A stretch of DNA of 64,000 bases from Spirochaetota bacterium (GTDB lineage Bacteria; Spirochaetota; UBA6919; CBDBPB01), in contig CBDBPB010000001.1 in assembly GCA_965208615.1 (NCBI GenBank), positions 288,001 to 352,000 on the forward strand, written 5' to 3'. This document shows, piece after piece, positions 10,040 through 19,912 of this stretch. Both the position numbers and the translations under genes were made by a program. Under the pieces are notes generated by a model that saw only the letters and a program-made list of their open reading frames with translations, was not told where the DNA came from and did no database searches. Every line of letters starts with the position of its first letter. Positions within the stretch are counted from its first letter, which is position 1.

Positions 10040-10721
10040 ACTTTCTTTCTCTAGTATGAGAGTTACCCTTATGCTTATCAATAAAAAGCTCGTCTATACG
10101 GATTTTATCAGCATAGGACTTATAAGATTTAGACTTTTCCTTTTTTTTGTACCAATTATTTTTATACCAATTGAATATTAAAACTGCTAATATTATTACT
10201 ATAGTAGAATAGGCAAATAGATGTTTATATATAGTTTGTATGTAGTCCTTTTTTGTATAAGCAATAAATAACGTATTCAAGCGTTTATCAGCTTTCTTAC
10301 TTATAGGTAGGTCTTTATGGTAAATTAGATAAGGATCTTTATCAAAGATATTTTGTTTAACCTTGCCACCTTTATGGAAAAGGTCTTCTAATAATATTTT
10401 AGGTAGATAATCACTATCTTTATAGCTTGCCATAGCTGGTTGAAATATACCATATTCAATCTTCCCAAGCTGATAAGAGCTAAATGTAGGTTCTTTATCC
10501 AAAAGTTCATTAAACGCCAACTCAATAACTAAGGCCTTATCTTTTATTTGTTCCGCTGTGAGAATAGTAATTATATCCTTAGCAGTATTTTCAGACTTTA
10601 GTAAAAGACTATTATGATAATCTTTTAGTCTATCCCTTTCTATAAAGATTCCAACAAAATAAGTCAATCCAAAGACTGCCAAAGCTAAAACCAAAAAGTG
10701 AGTTAAAAACTGTCTTTTCAT
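10032..10721 (-). CDS. Hypothetical protein with two transmembrane helices flanking a periplasmic domain
   Basis: Hydrophobic segments near residues 8-27 and 168-186; overlaps the next gene. Confidence 0.6.
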   Translation of the reverse strand: MKRQFLTHFLVLALAVFGLTYFVGIFIERDRLKDYHNSLLLKSENTAKDIITILTAEQIKDKALVIELAFNELLDKEPTFSSYQLGKIEYGIFQPAMASYKDSDYLPKILLEDLFHKGGKVKQNIFDKDPYLIYHKDLPISKKADKRLNTLFIAYTKKDYIQTIYKHLFAYSTIVIILAVLIFNWYKNNWYKKKEKSKSYKSYADKIRIDELFIDKHKGNSHTRERKYG

Positions 10722-10797
10722 ATAAACCTACCCATTTAGGAGGTCGACTTATTAATAAAAAACTTTACTATATTTTAAAACCGCCAAACACCAATAC

Positions 10798-11676
10798 TTA
10801 TATGCGGTAGTTTAACATCATAACCTTTAAATACTTATGAGAGACTCTTATTTTTATTGTATCCCCCCTTTTTAATTTATACTCTTTTATAGAGTCTATT
10901 TCAATAATACCCTCTTCCATAAGGGACTGGATTTCAAGTTCTTCATTATCTATGAACTCCCCATGCTTAATAGAATTACCAGTTCTGGTGCCAACATATA
11001 TTTCTCTTGATATAAACCTGCCAAACCTTGCATTACGATTAAAACTAATACCTCCAGCTGATGTAAACCATCCAGTAGATCCTGCCCCTGTAACAATTAG
11101 CAATCCACTAGACTTCTGCTCTTCTTCTTTACCCCTATATATAATACGATATCGGGATATTTTTGTACTATTATTTTTCCCTATATAAATAGTATCAATA
11201 GCGTTTCCTATAGGCTTATTATTTAAGTCTGCCTCTAGAGTTACCCATTTATCAACTATATAACTAGAGTTATGTATCTGCTTAACCATTTTATCTAGAT
11301 TAAAACGATTACAAGTGGATAAAGCTCCTTCACTTTTCAGGTTGTCAGAGCGTATATTAAGGATTAACTTATCAGAAAGCATATTATGATAAACATATTT
11401 AAAATGTTCATCGCCTCCAATGGATATAATTAAATCTTTATCTTTAGTAAGGCTAGTTGTTAGCTCATCGGTATAAATGAACTCAGCAGAGGGTATTAGC
11501 TCTTGAACAAAACTTATACACTTTATCTGTTCAATATGGCTTGCAATGATAAGGTCATATTTTATTCCTTCCATCGCATATTTATTTATTATCTCATTAA
11601 AATTTAGATTATACTGTCTTTTATCATATTCAATCTTGCTAAACTTGCAAACCGCCAATATGTTATTAAACTTCAT
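10798..11676 (-). CDS. nadK: NAD(+) kinase-like protein (NADK2-type, divergent motifs)
   Basis: IISIGGD, SEGAL, QKSSGLLIVTGAGSTGW; GGDGT appears as GGDEH. Confidence 0.75.
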   Translation of the reverse strand: MKFNNILAVCKFSKIEYDKRQYNLNFNEIINKYAMEGIKYDLIIASHIEQIKCISFVQELIPSAEFIYTDELTTSLTKDKDLIISIGGDEHFKYVYHNMLSDKLILNIRSDNLKSEGALSTCNRFNLDKMVKQIHNSSYIVDKWVTLEADLNNKPIGNAIDTIYIGKNNSTKISRYRIIYRGKEEEQKSSGLLIVTGAGSTGWFTSAGGISFNRNARFGRFISREIYVGTRTGNSIKHGEFIDNEELEIQSLMEEGIIEIDSIKEYKLKRGDTIKIRVSHKYLKVMMLNYRI

Positions 11677-12353
11677 TTTTGAATAAGTTGGTTAAATAAC
11701 TCTTCTAATAATTTTTTATTCCCTTTTTTTGGTATTATGGTAAGTTTATTATTTTTTTTATCAAGCTTAAAGCTAAATACATCATTGGATTTCTTTACTA
11801 TATTGCTATCCATTTTATTTGATGATATAAAGCTAAATATTTTTTCATAGGTAGTATATGGTAAGGCATGAAACTCTTTAAAGCTTTTATAATAAAGTTC
11901 TTTAAACTTTTTAGTCAAGGCATCTTTTTTTAATTGATCCTTTTCTTTTTTTATAAGATTTAGTTTTGACTTTAAAAGCTTAACTTTTTTATATCCAAGT
12001 TTAATAATATCCTCTTCAGTAATTAAGTCTTGATTCTCTAACTGCATTTTAACAATGGCAATATAATCACTAATAGTGGATTGGTGTAGCTTGGGAACAA
12101 TTCGATTATTAACATAATCCCTCCAAAGAGGGTATAGTGGATCAGCCTTATAAAGCTTAAAACGTTTAATCTCAGCTAATGCCTTTCCTAAATAAAAAAA
12201 ACTCTTTTGAATGTTTAGTATACTTTCCTCAATAACCTTCTGACGCTCATTTAATAATATTGACTTTTGCCTTTCTGACAAAATAATCCTATGTTCCATA
12301 TCAAGACTAATATTAGGAAGATTATTTTTAGTAACAGGAACAAGTTGATTCAT
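11673..12353 (-). CDS. Chromosome/plasmid partition-like protein resembling Borrelia PF49
   Basis: LGKALAEIKRFKLYKAD..Y..W.DYV...L.QSTISDYIAIV....E...ITEEDII..G pattern. Confidence 0.5.
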   Translation of the reverse strand: MNQLVPVTKNNLPNISLDMEHRIILSERQKSILLNERQKVIEESILNIQKSFFYLGKALAEIKRFKLYKADPLYPLWRDYVNNRIVPKLHQSTISDYIAIVKMQLENQDLITEEDIIKLGYKKVKLLKSKLNLIKKEKDQLKKDALTKKFKELYYKSFKEFHALPYTTYEKIFSFISSNKMDSNIVKKSNDVFSFKLDKKNNKLTIIPKKGNKKLLEELFNQLIQK

Positions 12354-12542
12354 AATATCTTATAAGATAAACCGTTGTATTTAATATACTTAAATCGAAA
12401 ATAATAGCCTTGATATTATAACATAGCTTTTTAACGTTTATTAAAATAACATTATAATAATATATAATCGACAAAACTAACTAGTATTTTTATACCATAA
12501 CATAGCTTTTCTATATGTTATATAATCTAACTAGTTACTACT

Positions 12543-13058
12543 TTAACTTTTAACGCTCTCATCTTGTATAGGAGATGGACCATATTTGTTTTCACCTGGA
12601 TTACTAGGTAAAATACAAAAAACTATAATAGTAATACCAAGAATAAAAGCAATAAAAACAAGAATAAAAGCAATAAAAATAGGTGAAAGAATAATGTATA
12701 GTGCCCTATGATCAAGAGAATAATGCAAGGAGCCAAGTGCCCATAAAAACCCAATCAAATATGAACATAATGAAATTGGTAGAAATATAAGATAACTTAC
12801 TAGCCACCAACCACTATGGTTAGTATCATGGAGTCTACGGACAGTAACAGCTATACCTGGTATTAAAACAGCTAGTTGGTAAATACCATTAACTATTCCT
12901 ATCTGAAACCCAGTACTGTAACTACCAGTGAAATAGTCAATAGCTAAAAGCCATAAAAAGATTATCGTACTAAACAAAACAAAAAACCAATACTCCTTAC
13001 GCCTTGCTCTACCCTTAAAGACAGCATACTTTCTTAAAACTTCAATATACCAACTCAT
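12543..13058 (-). CDS. DUF805 (YhaH-like) inner membrane protein, copy 2
   Basis: WY..VL.KYA.F.GRARRKEYW.F, AVTVRRLHD, G.NKYGP.P. Confidence 0.93.
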   Translation of the reverse strand: MSWYIEVLRKYAVFKGRARRKEYWFFVLFSTIIFLWLLAIDYFTGSYSTGFQIGIVNGIYQLAVLIPGIAVTVRRLHDTNHSGWWLVSYLIFLPISLCSYLIGFLWALGSLHYSLDHRALYIILSPIFIAFILVFIAFILGITIIVFCILPSNPGENKYGPSPIQDESVKS

Positions 13059-13532
13059 ATTTTCTCCTTTGATGGTTCGTTATTAACACTCTCATCTTGT
13101 ATAGGACATGGACCATATTTGTTTTCACCTGGATTACTAGGCGTTATAAGAAAAATTAAAATAGCAAAAAATATAATCAAAAATACAAAATACAAAATAC
13201 ATAATTAGAAGAAAGATCATAGACTTAGTCAAGAAACTTAATAACGCAAACACAGTAAATATATAAAAGCCTCCTATCCACCAACCAGTACGACCAACAT
13301 CATGGAGTCTACGAACAGTAACAGCTATACCTGGTATTAAAACAGCTAGAAGGTAAATACCATTAAGTATTCCTATCTCAAACTTAGTACTGTAAGTACC
13401 AATCAGTAAGTCAATAGCTAAAAGCACTAAAGAGATTATCATATTAAACAAAACAAAAAACCAAAACTCTTTACGCCTTGCTCTACCTTTAAAGACAGCG
13501 TACTTCTTTAAAACTTCAATATACCAATTCAT
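13055..13532 (-). pseudogene. DUF805 protein, copy 1, frameshifted in a 7-bp tandem repeat
   Basis: Same motifs and same AAGGAGAAAATATG start as copy 2; the conserved PSNPGENKYGP tail is in another frame; deleting one AAAATAC unit restores an ORF ending at 13055. Confidence 0.8.
13180..13200. repeat. (AAAATAC)3 simple sequence repeat
   Basis: Three exact units at 13180, 13187 and 13194. Confidence 0.95.
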
Positions 13533-13644
13533 ATTTTCTCCTTTTCTTACTAGCACAGTTTATTAGTATTATAACTTTTATTAAAAATAGCTATATTTAT
13601 ATAGGAGTCAAGAAAAAAAACAAATCAGAACAAAGTCTATAAGT

Positions 13645-15867
13645 TTATTCAGTATCAAGGTCAGCTTCTAAGAAGTCTTCAAAGTAGTCGTTCTGTAAAG
13701 CCCCACGAGGACATATATTAACACAGGTATAACATGTGGTACACTTAAGAGGATCAATAGTAAAAACCTCTCCATTACGTTTAATAGCACCCTGTGGACA
13801 ACCATATACGCACTTATCACAAAAAATACAGGTTCCGCAACTAATACACCTATCAACCTCACTATCCTCATCACCAAAGTAGGTTACGCTTATATTCCTC
13901 TTTGGGACAAGACTATTCTCTGGATAAATAAAGTCAGTCTTACTCAAAAAAGAATGTACCTCCATAGATGCAATCCGACCATCACCCACAGCATTGGTTA
14001 TAAGTCCAGGTTTAATTATATCCCCACAAGCGAATACCTTATTATTACTAGTCCTGAAAGACCTATCCCCAACAAGTACATAGCCCCGATCGTCCACCAT
14101 AACATGATTAGATATAAATGCCGTATCAGGTATCTCCCCAATACTAAATAATACAACATCAGCCTTAATAATAGAGCCATCCTCAAAGTATATCTCTTTA
14201 TCACTAAGACGTTCAACCTTCTTAGGCCATAAAATCTCAGTACCTAAGTTAGTAGCCATTTCTAACTCCTTACCAAATGCCAAAGGCTTTTGTATGTCAA
14301 TAGCACTAACCTTCTTAGCCCCCAGCCTCCATGACTCACAAGCAATATCCATACCAACATTACCAGCCCCTATAACCACAACATCCTTATCAGATAAATC
14401 CATTGCCTTGCCATTGTTAATATCTAGCAAAAACTCTAAACCAGGTATAATACGCTCACCCCCCTTATAAGGGATACGCTTAGGAGTATGTGCTCCACTA
14501 GCCACAATAATAGCATCACTCTTAGAGTAAACTTTCTTAAATAATTGTGCGTCAACAAAAGTGTTAAGCCTAAAAATAATGGGTAAAGACCTAAGCCTGT
14601 TTATATCCTTATCCAATACCTCATTAGAAAGCCTCTCCCTCGGGATAGCCTTCTTAAGCTTTCCCCCAATATCATCAACCCCATCATAAACCTCTACCTG
14701 ATAACCTCGCCTTATAAGCTGCCACGCCGCAGATAAACCAGCAGGTCCAGCACCTATTATAGAAATAAGCTCCTTACGCTTGTCCTTAGCCGTAAGAGGA
14801 GTAAAATCAGGATAATAAACCTTTGCTATCTCCTGTATTTCAACAGGACCGTCTAAGACATTACGACTACACTTATCCATACAAGGAGCAGGACAAACAT
14901 GACCACAAACCGACATCCTAAAAGGAGTAAACTCATCCATAAGTAATTGAGCATCCTCCAACTGCCCAGACCTTATCATGTGTATGTAAGTAGGAGTAGG
15001 TATACCAGTGGGACAACTAAACATACACGGTGGAGTCATGTTAAGATGTCTTGGCTTTTTATGCTTTATATTCATAGCAGACGTATAAAGCTTTGCAAAT
15101 GGCCTATGACCCATTTTAGTTATCTTAACAAAATCTCTATAGTCAATATCGGGCATATTAATATCAAGGTCTTTTGCGTATTCAGAAATAATGTTATTTA
15201 AAAACTCAATATCTGAGTTGTCCATATTGGCAATAAGAGCTCCCCCACCTAATAAATGCTCCTCAACATTACCCCTAATATAAATAACCCCACCATGAAT
15301 ACCAGTACCCACACTATGACCAACAGGAATAGGACTATCATTAAGATTTAATACAACAACCCGTCCCCCAGCCATATACTCCCCGCAATAGTCCTTAGCC
15401 GTACCCCCAATTACTAAAGTAGGTATCTGATCCATGTACTCCTTCATGTGAATACCAGCTCTATACTCAACATCACCCTTTATAAATACCTTACCACCAC
15501 GCATAGAGTGTCCAGGTATCTCACCAGCCTTACCATAGACTATAATCTTACCAGAGTTCATAGTATTAGCCACACCATCCTGAGCATTACCATATACAAT
15601 AAGCTCAAGACCATTCATAAATGCCCCTAAATCCTGACCCGCTACTCCGTATATGACTATCTTAGCGTCTGAGTTGATCCCACCACCAATATACCTTTGC
15701 CCCAATACGTTTTCTAATACTATATTTTTAGAGCCACTATTAATTTGACTCCTTATCATCCGATTCAACTGCCTATAATAAATACCCTTTGCATCTAAAA
15801 TAGATATATCTTTTTCCTCCTCCATAATAGACCTCTCCATTATATAAGCTGACTCCATCATAGACAA
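13645..15867 (-). CDS. Glutamate synthase GXGXG (GltB3) domain fused to GltD-like FAD/NAD(P)H oxidoreductase and C-terminal 2x[4Fe-4S] domain
   Basis: GQRYIGGG, GVANTMNSG, GEYMAGG; PPCMFSCP, CGHVCPAPC...C; IGAGPAGL; IGAGNVGMD; CISCGTCIFCDKC, CTTCYTCVNICP. Confidence 0.9.
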   Translation of the reverse strand: MSMMESAYIMERSIMEEEKDISILDAKGIYYRQLNRMIRSQINSGSKNIVLENVLGQRYIGGGINSDAKIVIYGVAGQDLGAFMNGLELIVYGNAQDGVANTMNSGKIIVYGKAGEIPGHSMRGGKVFIKGDVEYRAGIHMKEYMDQIPTLVIGGTAKDYCGEYMAGGRVVVLNLNDSPIPVGHSVGTGIHGGVIYIRGNVEEHLLGGGALIANMDNSDIEFLNNIISEYAKDLDINMPDIDYRDFVKITKMGHRPFAKLYTSAMNIKHKKPRHLNMTPPCMFSCPTGIPTPTYIHMIRSGQLEDAQLLMDEFTPFRMSVCGHVCPAPCMDKCSRNVLDGPVEIQEIAKVYYPDFTPLTAKDKRKELISIIGAGPAGLSAAWQLIRRGYQVEVYDGVDDIGGKLKKAIPRERLSNEVLDKDINRLRSLPIIFRLNTFVDAQLFKKVYSKSDAIIVASGAHTPKRIPYKGGERIIPGLEFLLDINNGKAMDLSDKDVVVIGAGNVGMDIACESWRLGAKKVSAIDIQKPLAFGKELEMATNLGTEILWPKKVERLSDKEIYFEDGSIIKADVVLFSIGEIPDTAFISNHVMVDDRGYVLVGDRSFRTSNNKVFACGDIIKPGLITNAVGDGRIASMEVHSFLSKTDFIYPENSLVPKRNISVTYFGDEDSEVDRCISCGTCIFCDKCVYGCPQGAIKRNGEVFTIDPLKCTTCYTCVNICPRGALQNDYFEDFLEADLDTE

Positions 15868-15985
15868 ATCCCCCTTGACATAACTATCGTATATTAAATA
15901 TAAGAAAAGCTAACTATATAAAGCAATCTTTATAAATACTAGAACATAACTTTTAATATTATATAAAATATATATTTAGTATATT

Positions 15986-16996
15986 TTATTTTCGTACTAT
16001 CCACAGTGACCTTGGTTCAGATCTTGGTTCATCATGAGGTACCTGTTTTAGGGTAGGACACTTTTCTGAAAGTTCCTTAAAGTAGTTATGTTTTAAGAAA
16101 TTTAATGCACCAATTATTTTATATTCTTTATTCATACCAAGGAATGCTTCAACAAGGTACTGTTCATTCCAAAAGGGATAGTGATGTTCTAATATCCAAT
16201 TATCGAGATAGTCTTTTGGTGTAAAAATATCATGTATATGAACATAAACTCCTTTTTTTAGCATTGGTAAGATTGTTAAATATATTAGTAAAACATCACC
16301 TTGGGCCCTTATTATATGTGAGGAGTCAATAAAAAGAATATCATTTTTCTCTAAAGTGTTAAATATTGAAGAATCAAGCTTTTCTAATCTTTCTCTAGTT
16401 ATTTTAATATCTAATTCTTCTAACCATGGCTTTTCATAAGGTTCTATACAAACTTGCTTACATTGATAGTTTGGATTCTCTTGTTTATTTTGTTTAATAG
16501 CCTCAAGCATTAGTAATGTTGAGTAACCACATCCTACCTCTATAATTTGTTTTGGCTTTAAGAAGCGAATGGTGTTATATAAATATTCAGAGTCTCCATA
16601 TTCAAAATGATAGTTATTATAATAAAAGAAGCTATATTCCTTTTGAGATTGAATAGAGTTTTTATCATTTTTATCCATAGGGATTTTTATTAATTCATCA
16701 TTATAGTTAAAGTTTTTAAGCATATTAAGTTGTTCTTTAACATTAAAATCTATCCAGGGTAATACTCTATCTTCTCGTAGTGATTTATATAAATGAGCTG
16801 GATTAAAAAGAGGCTCATAATAATGATCTTTTATTGGATAAATACCAACTTTTATAAATATCTTTTTAGCTATTTTCATATTAGCCACCCCTTTTATTCT
16901 AATAAACTTGAAAAGATAGCTACTAATAAAAACAAAAGGTGCAATTAATATATCAATAACAGGTAATGCTCTTTGAATTAATCCTAAATTAAACAT
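15986..16996 (-). CDS. Class I SAM-dependent methyltransferase (Methyltransf_24-like)
   Basis: IIEVGCGYST, DILFIDSSH, GVYVHIHDIF, WNEQYL. Confidence 0.88.
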   Translation of the reverse strand: MFNLGLIQRALPVIDILIAPFVFISSYLFKFIRIKGVANMKIAKKIFIKVGIYPIKDHYYEPLFNPAHLYKSLREDRVLPWIDFNVKEQLNMLKNFNYNDELIKIPMDKNDKNSIQSQKEYSFFYYNNYHFEYGDSEYLYNTIRFLKPKQIIEVGCGYSTLLMLEAIKQNKQENPNYQCKQVCIEPYEKPWLEELDIKITRERLEKLDSSIFNTLEKNDILFIDSSHIIRAQGDVLLIYLTILPMLKKGVYVHIHDIFTPKDYLDNWILEHHYPFWNEQYLVEAFLGMNKEYKIIGALNFLKHNYFKELSEKCPTLKQVPHDEPRSEPRSLWIVRK

Positions 16997-17253
16997 ATCT
17001 ATTCTCCTTATATTATCATTCAGTTCAACCTACTTATTTATTGTATTTAATATTGGTGTACGCAACCTTATAATAAATATAGTAGTATTCTTTAGAAGGC
17101 TTATTGGTATTAATTTAATTAAATAGTATATTACTATTTAGAAGAAAAGATATTAAATACAAAAATAAAGTCAATTTGATTTTTACAATTATGTTTGTCA
17201 AAACATATTTACTATATATAACCTCCTTAACATAGCATTAAAAGTCATATTAA

Positions 17254-17282
17254 ATTCTAAATGCTTACTCTATATAAGTCAA
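17254..17282 (-). promoter_or_regulatory. sigma70-type promoter inside the glt cluster, upstream of the methyltransferase
   Basis: TTGACT-N17-TAGAAT on the minus strand. Confidence 0.5.
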
Positions 17283-17326
17283 CTTTTGAATAGTATACTT
17301 TTGATAATTCAATTATAACACTTAGC

Positions 17327-18847
17327 TCATGCACCAGCATGCTTTATCCCAAGAATACGTAGTTCTTCTTCGTTTAGATTAATACCCCTAATCCTATCCC
17401 TATTACCCCTTAGAGCCTCAATAGTGCTAATACCCATAGACCCCATAAGCTCTTTTATCTCTTCAGCCCAAGCATTAAGTAGATTCTTTAAAGCCTGAGC
17501 CCCCTCTTTAACATCAATACGGTCAACCAAAGACGGATTTGTAGTGGTAATACCATAAGCACACTTTCCAGTAAAACACCTCTGACAAACACCACATCCC
17601 AAAGCCAAAAGTACAGGAGTACCAATATATATAGCATCAGCCCCAAGACAAATAGCCTTAAGCACATCAGATGAACATTGCATACCACCAGAGGCAACAA
17701 GACTAACACTAGACCTAATACCCTCATCCCTAAGCCTCTGATCCGCAGATGCAATAGCTAATTCAATGGGAATACCAGTATTTTGGCGTATCTGTAATGG
17801 CGTTGCACCAGAACCAGCACGAAAACCATCAATAGCAATAATATCAGCCCCAGCCCTTGCTATCCCACTTGCAATAGGTGCCACATTATGAACAGCGGAT
17901 ATCTTTACTGAAACAGGTACCTTATAATCCACAGCCTCTTTAATGGCGTATATAAGCTGGCGTAAATCCTCTATGGAGTAAATATCATGATGAGGTGCGG
18001 GTGATAAAGCATCACTACCAACAGGTATCATCCGAGTCTCTGATATGGCTTTGGATACCTTTTCACCAGGTAAATGCCCTCCAATACCTGGTTTTGCTCC
18101 CTGACCTATCTTTATCTCCACAGCAGCAGCCGCTTTTAAATAATCCTCACTAACACCAAAACGTCCAGATGCTACCTGAACAATAGTATTAGCACCATAC
18201 TTCCTTAATGACTTATGAAATCCACCTTCGCCAGTATTCCAAAATGTACCAACCTCATGAGTAGCCCTTGCCTCAGACTCGTGTACATTAAGACTAACCG
18301 CTCCAAAGCTCATAGCACCAAACATAATAGGTATCTCCAACTTTAACTGCGGACCAATATCATCACCATACTTGCTGGGCTTTTTACCTAAATAAGTTCT
18401 AATCTCCATAGGCTCTCTAAGAGGATCAATAGAGGGGTTTGTAACCTGACAAGCATCAAACATTATATGATCAAAATATCGCCTTTGAGGACCAGTGGCA
18501 CCATTACCAACTAATAAAACTCCCCCAATATCACCAGCCTGCCTCCACAAATTGGCCACATGCTGAGGAGTCCAATATCCATGACTGGACGACATAGGCT
18601 CTATCTTAATATAAATAGCCTTCTCTGGACAAAACTTAACACATCTCTGACACGCCCCACATGCCTCATAATTAGCCCAAGGCTTATATAACACCTTATC
18701 ACCCTTCTTTATTGGCTTTAAGGATATCTCTCCAAAAGAGCACTCATGAGCACATAAATTACAACCATTCTCATAATCACACCTTTCTATATTAAACTCA
18801 GGGTGAAACGACGGAGTAACTCTCCAATTGTTTTTCATCTTCTCCAT
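17327..18847 (-). CDS. gltB2: Archaeal-type glutamate synthase FMN-binding subunit (GltB2) with N-terminal ferredoxin domain
   Basis: AMSFGA, NTGEGG, QVASGRFG, EIKIGQGAKPG.GGHLPGEKV, SPAPHHDIYSIEDL, VSVK, C..C..C....C 3Fe-4S motif. Confidence 0.93.
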   Translation of the reverse strand: MEKMKNNWRVTPSFHPEFNIERCDYENGCNLCAHECSFGEISLKPIKKGDKVLYKPWANYEACGACQRCVKFCPEKAIYIKIEPMSSSHGYWTPQHVANLWRQAGDIGGVLLVGNGATGPQRRYFDHIMFDACQVTNPSIDPLREPMEIRTYLGKKPSKYGDDIGPQLKLEIPIMFGAMSFGAVSLNVHESEARATHEVGTFWNTGEGGFHKSLRKYGANTIVQVASGRFGVSEDYLKAAAAVEIKIGQGAKPGIGGHLPGEKVSKAISETRMIPVGSDALSPAPHHDIYSIEDLRQLIYAIKEAVDYKVPVSVKISAVHNVAPIASGIARAGADIIAIDGFRAGSGATPLQIRQNTGIPIELAIASADQRLRDEGIRSSVSLVASGGMQCSSDVLKAICLGADAIYIGTPVLLALGCGVCQRCFTGKCAYGITTTNPSLVDRIDVKEGAQALKNLLNAWAEEIKELMGSMGISTIEALRGNRDRIRGINLNEEELRILGIKHAGA

Positions 18848-18856
18848 TTATAGCTC

Positions 18857-19912
18857 CTAATTCATATATCCAGCTTTAAAATTAACAATAACTGGCTCTC
18901 CACCCTTAGGAGACCATAATTCATCAACCTTAGAGGATAATAACCTAATACTACACTCCTCAGATGAGGCGTAAAACCTATTACCGTCAACAGCACAAAC
19001 CACAGGTCTAAGTTTATTCCTGTCATTCAATATTATAGCCCCATCATTATGAGTCAGAACAATACCAAAAGGCCCATTAACCACTGCAGGACCATATATC
19101 TGCCTCAATAACCTTAGCTTATTATCATTATTTCTGTCAATATCCTCCCAAAGAGGTGGAGCCATAGCACTACAAATATCCTCAATAGGCAAGCTATCCT
19201 TTCTTTGTAGCTTATCAAAAATATAACTTATAACCTCAGTATCCGTTCTAAGAAGGCACAAATAATTATACATCTTAAGCCACCTCGCATTTGTACCATA
19301 ACTGGTTATCTCACCATTATGAACACATGACTTATCCAATATACAAAAGGGATGAGCACCACCCCACCATCCAGGGGTATTGGTAGGAAAGCGATTATGA
19401 GCAGTCCACATATAACCTTTGTATTTGTCTATTCTAAAATAGTCAGCAATATCCTCAGGAAAGCCAACTCCCTTAAAGGCTCCCATATTCTTACCAGATG
19501 AGGCTACAAATGCTCTATCCAGCTGGTTAATGTGCATAACAATCTCAACAACACAGTCGTCTATAGTCTGACCGGGTAATAACTCATCCTCATGAGGTAA
19601 AACAAAATACCTCTTAAAGTATGGTCCAGTCATAATAGCCTTTGTTGGATATACAGGTATCTCCTCTTCATGATAGATCTTTGTCTTTAACCCTAAATAA
19701 TCCTCAACCCTTTGTATAACAGGATCATGACGGCCACCATCATACATAATATGAAAGGCATAATAATCCCTATATTCAGGATAAATACCATAAGCGGCAA
19801 ACCCACCACCAAGACCATTCCCCCTATCATGCTGTATTTTGATAGCCTCCCTAATATGACTACCATCTATTAGTTTTTTATCCGTATTAATAATCCCTAC
19901 AATTCCGCACAT
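18857..19912 (-). CDS. gltB1: Class II glutamine amidotransferase subunit of split glutamate synthase (GltB1)
   Basis: N-terminal MCGIVG, DRGNGLGGG, HNRFPTNT, HNGEI, TDTEV, NGPF, DRNKLRP, SSEE. Confidence 0.92.
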   Translation of the reverse strand: MCGIVGIINTDKKLIDGSHIREAIKIQHDRGNGLGGGFAAYGIYPEYRDYYAFHIMYDGGRHDPVIQRVEDYLGLKTKIYHEEEIPVYPTKAIMTGPYFKRYFVLPHEDELLPGQTIDDCVVEIVMHINQLDRAFVASSGKNMGAFKGVGFPEDIADYFRIDKYKGYMWTAHNRFPTNTPGWWGGAHPFCILDKSCVHNGEITSYGTNARWLKMYNYLCLLRTDTEVISYIFDKLQRKDSLPIEDICSAMAPPLWEDIDRNNDNKLRLLRQIYGPAVVNGPFGIVLTHNDGAIILNDRNKLRPVVCAVDGNRFYASSEECSIRLLSSKVDELWSPKGGEPVIVNFKAGYMN

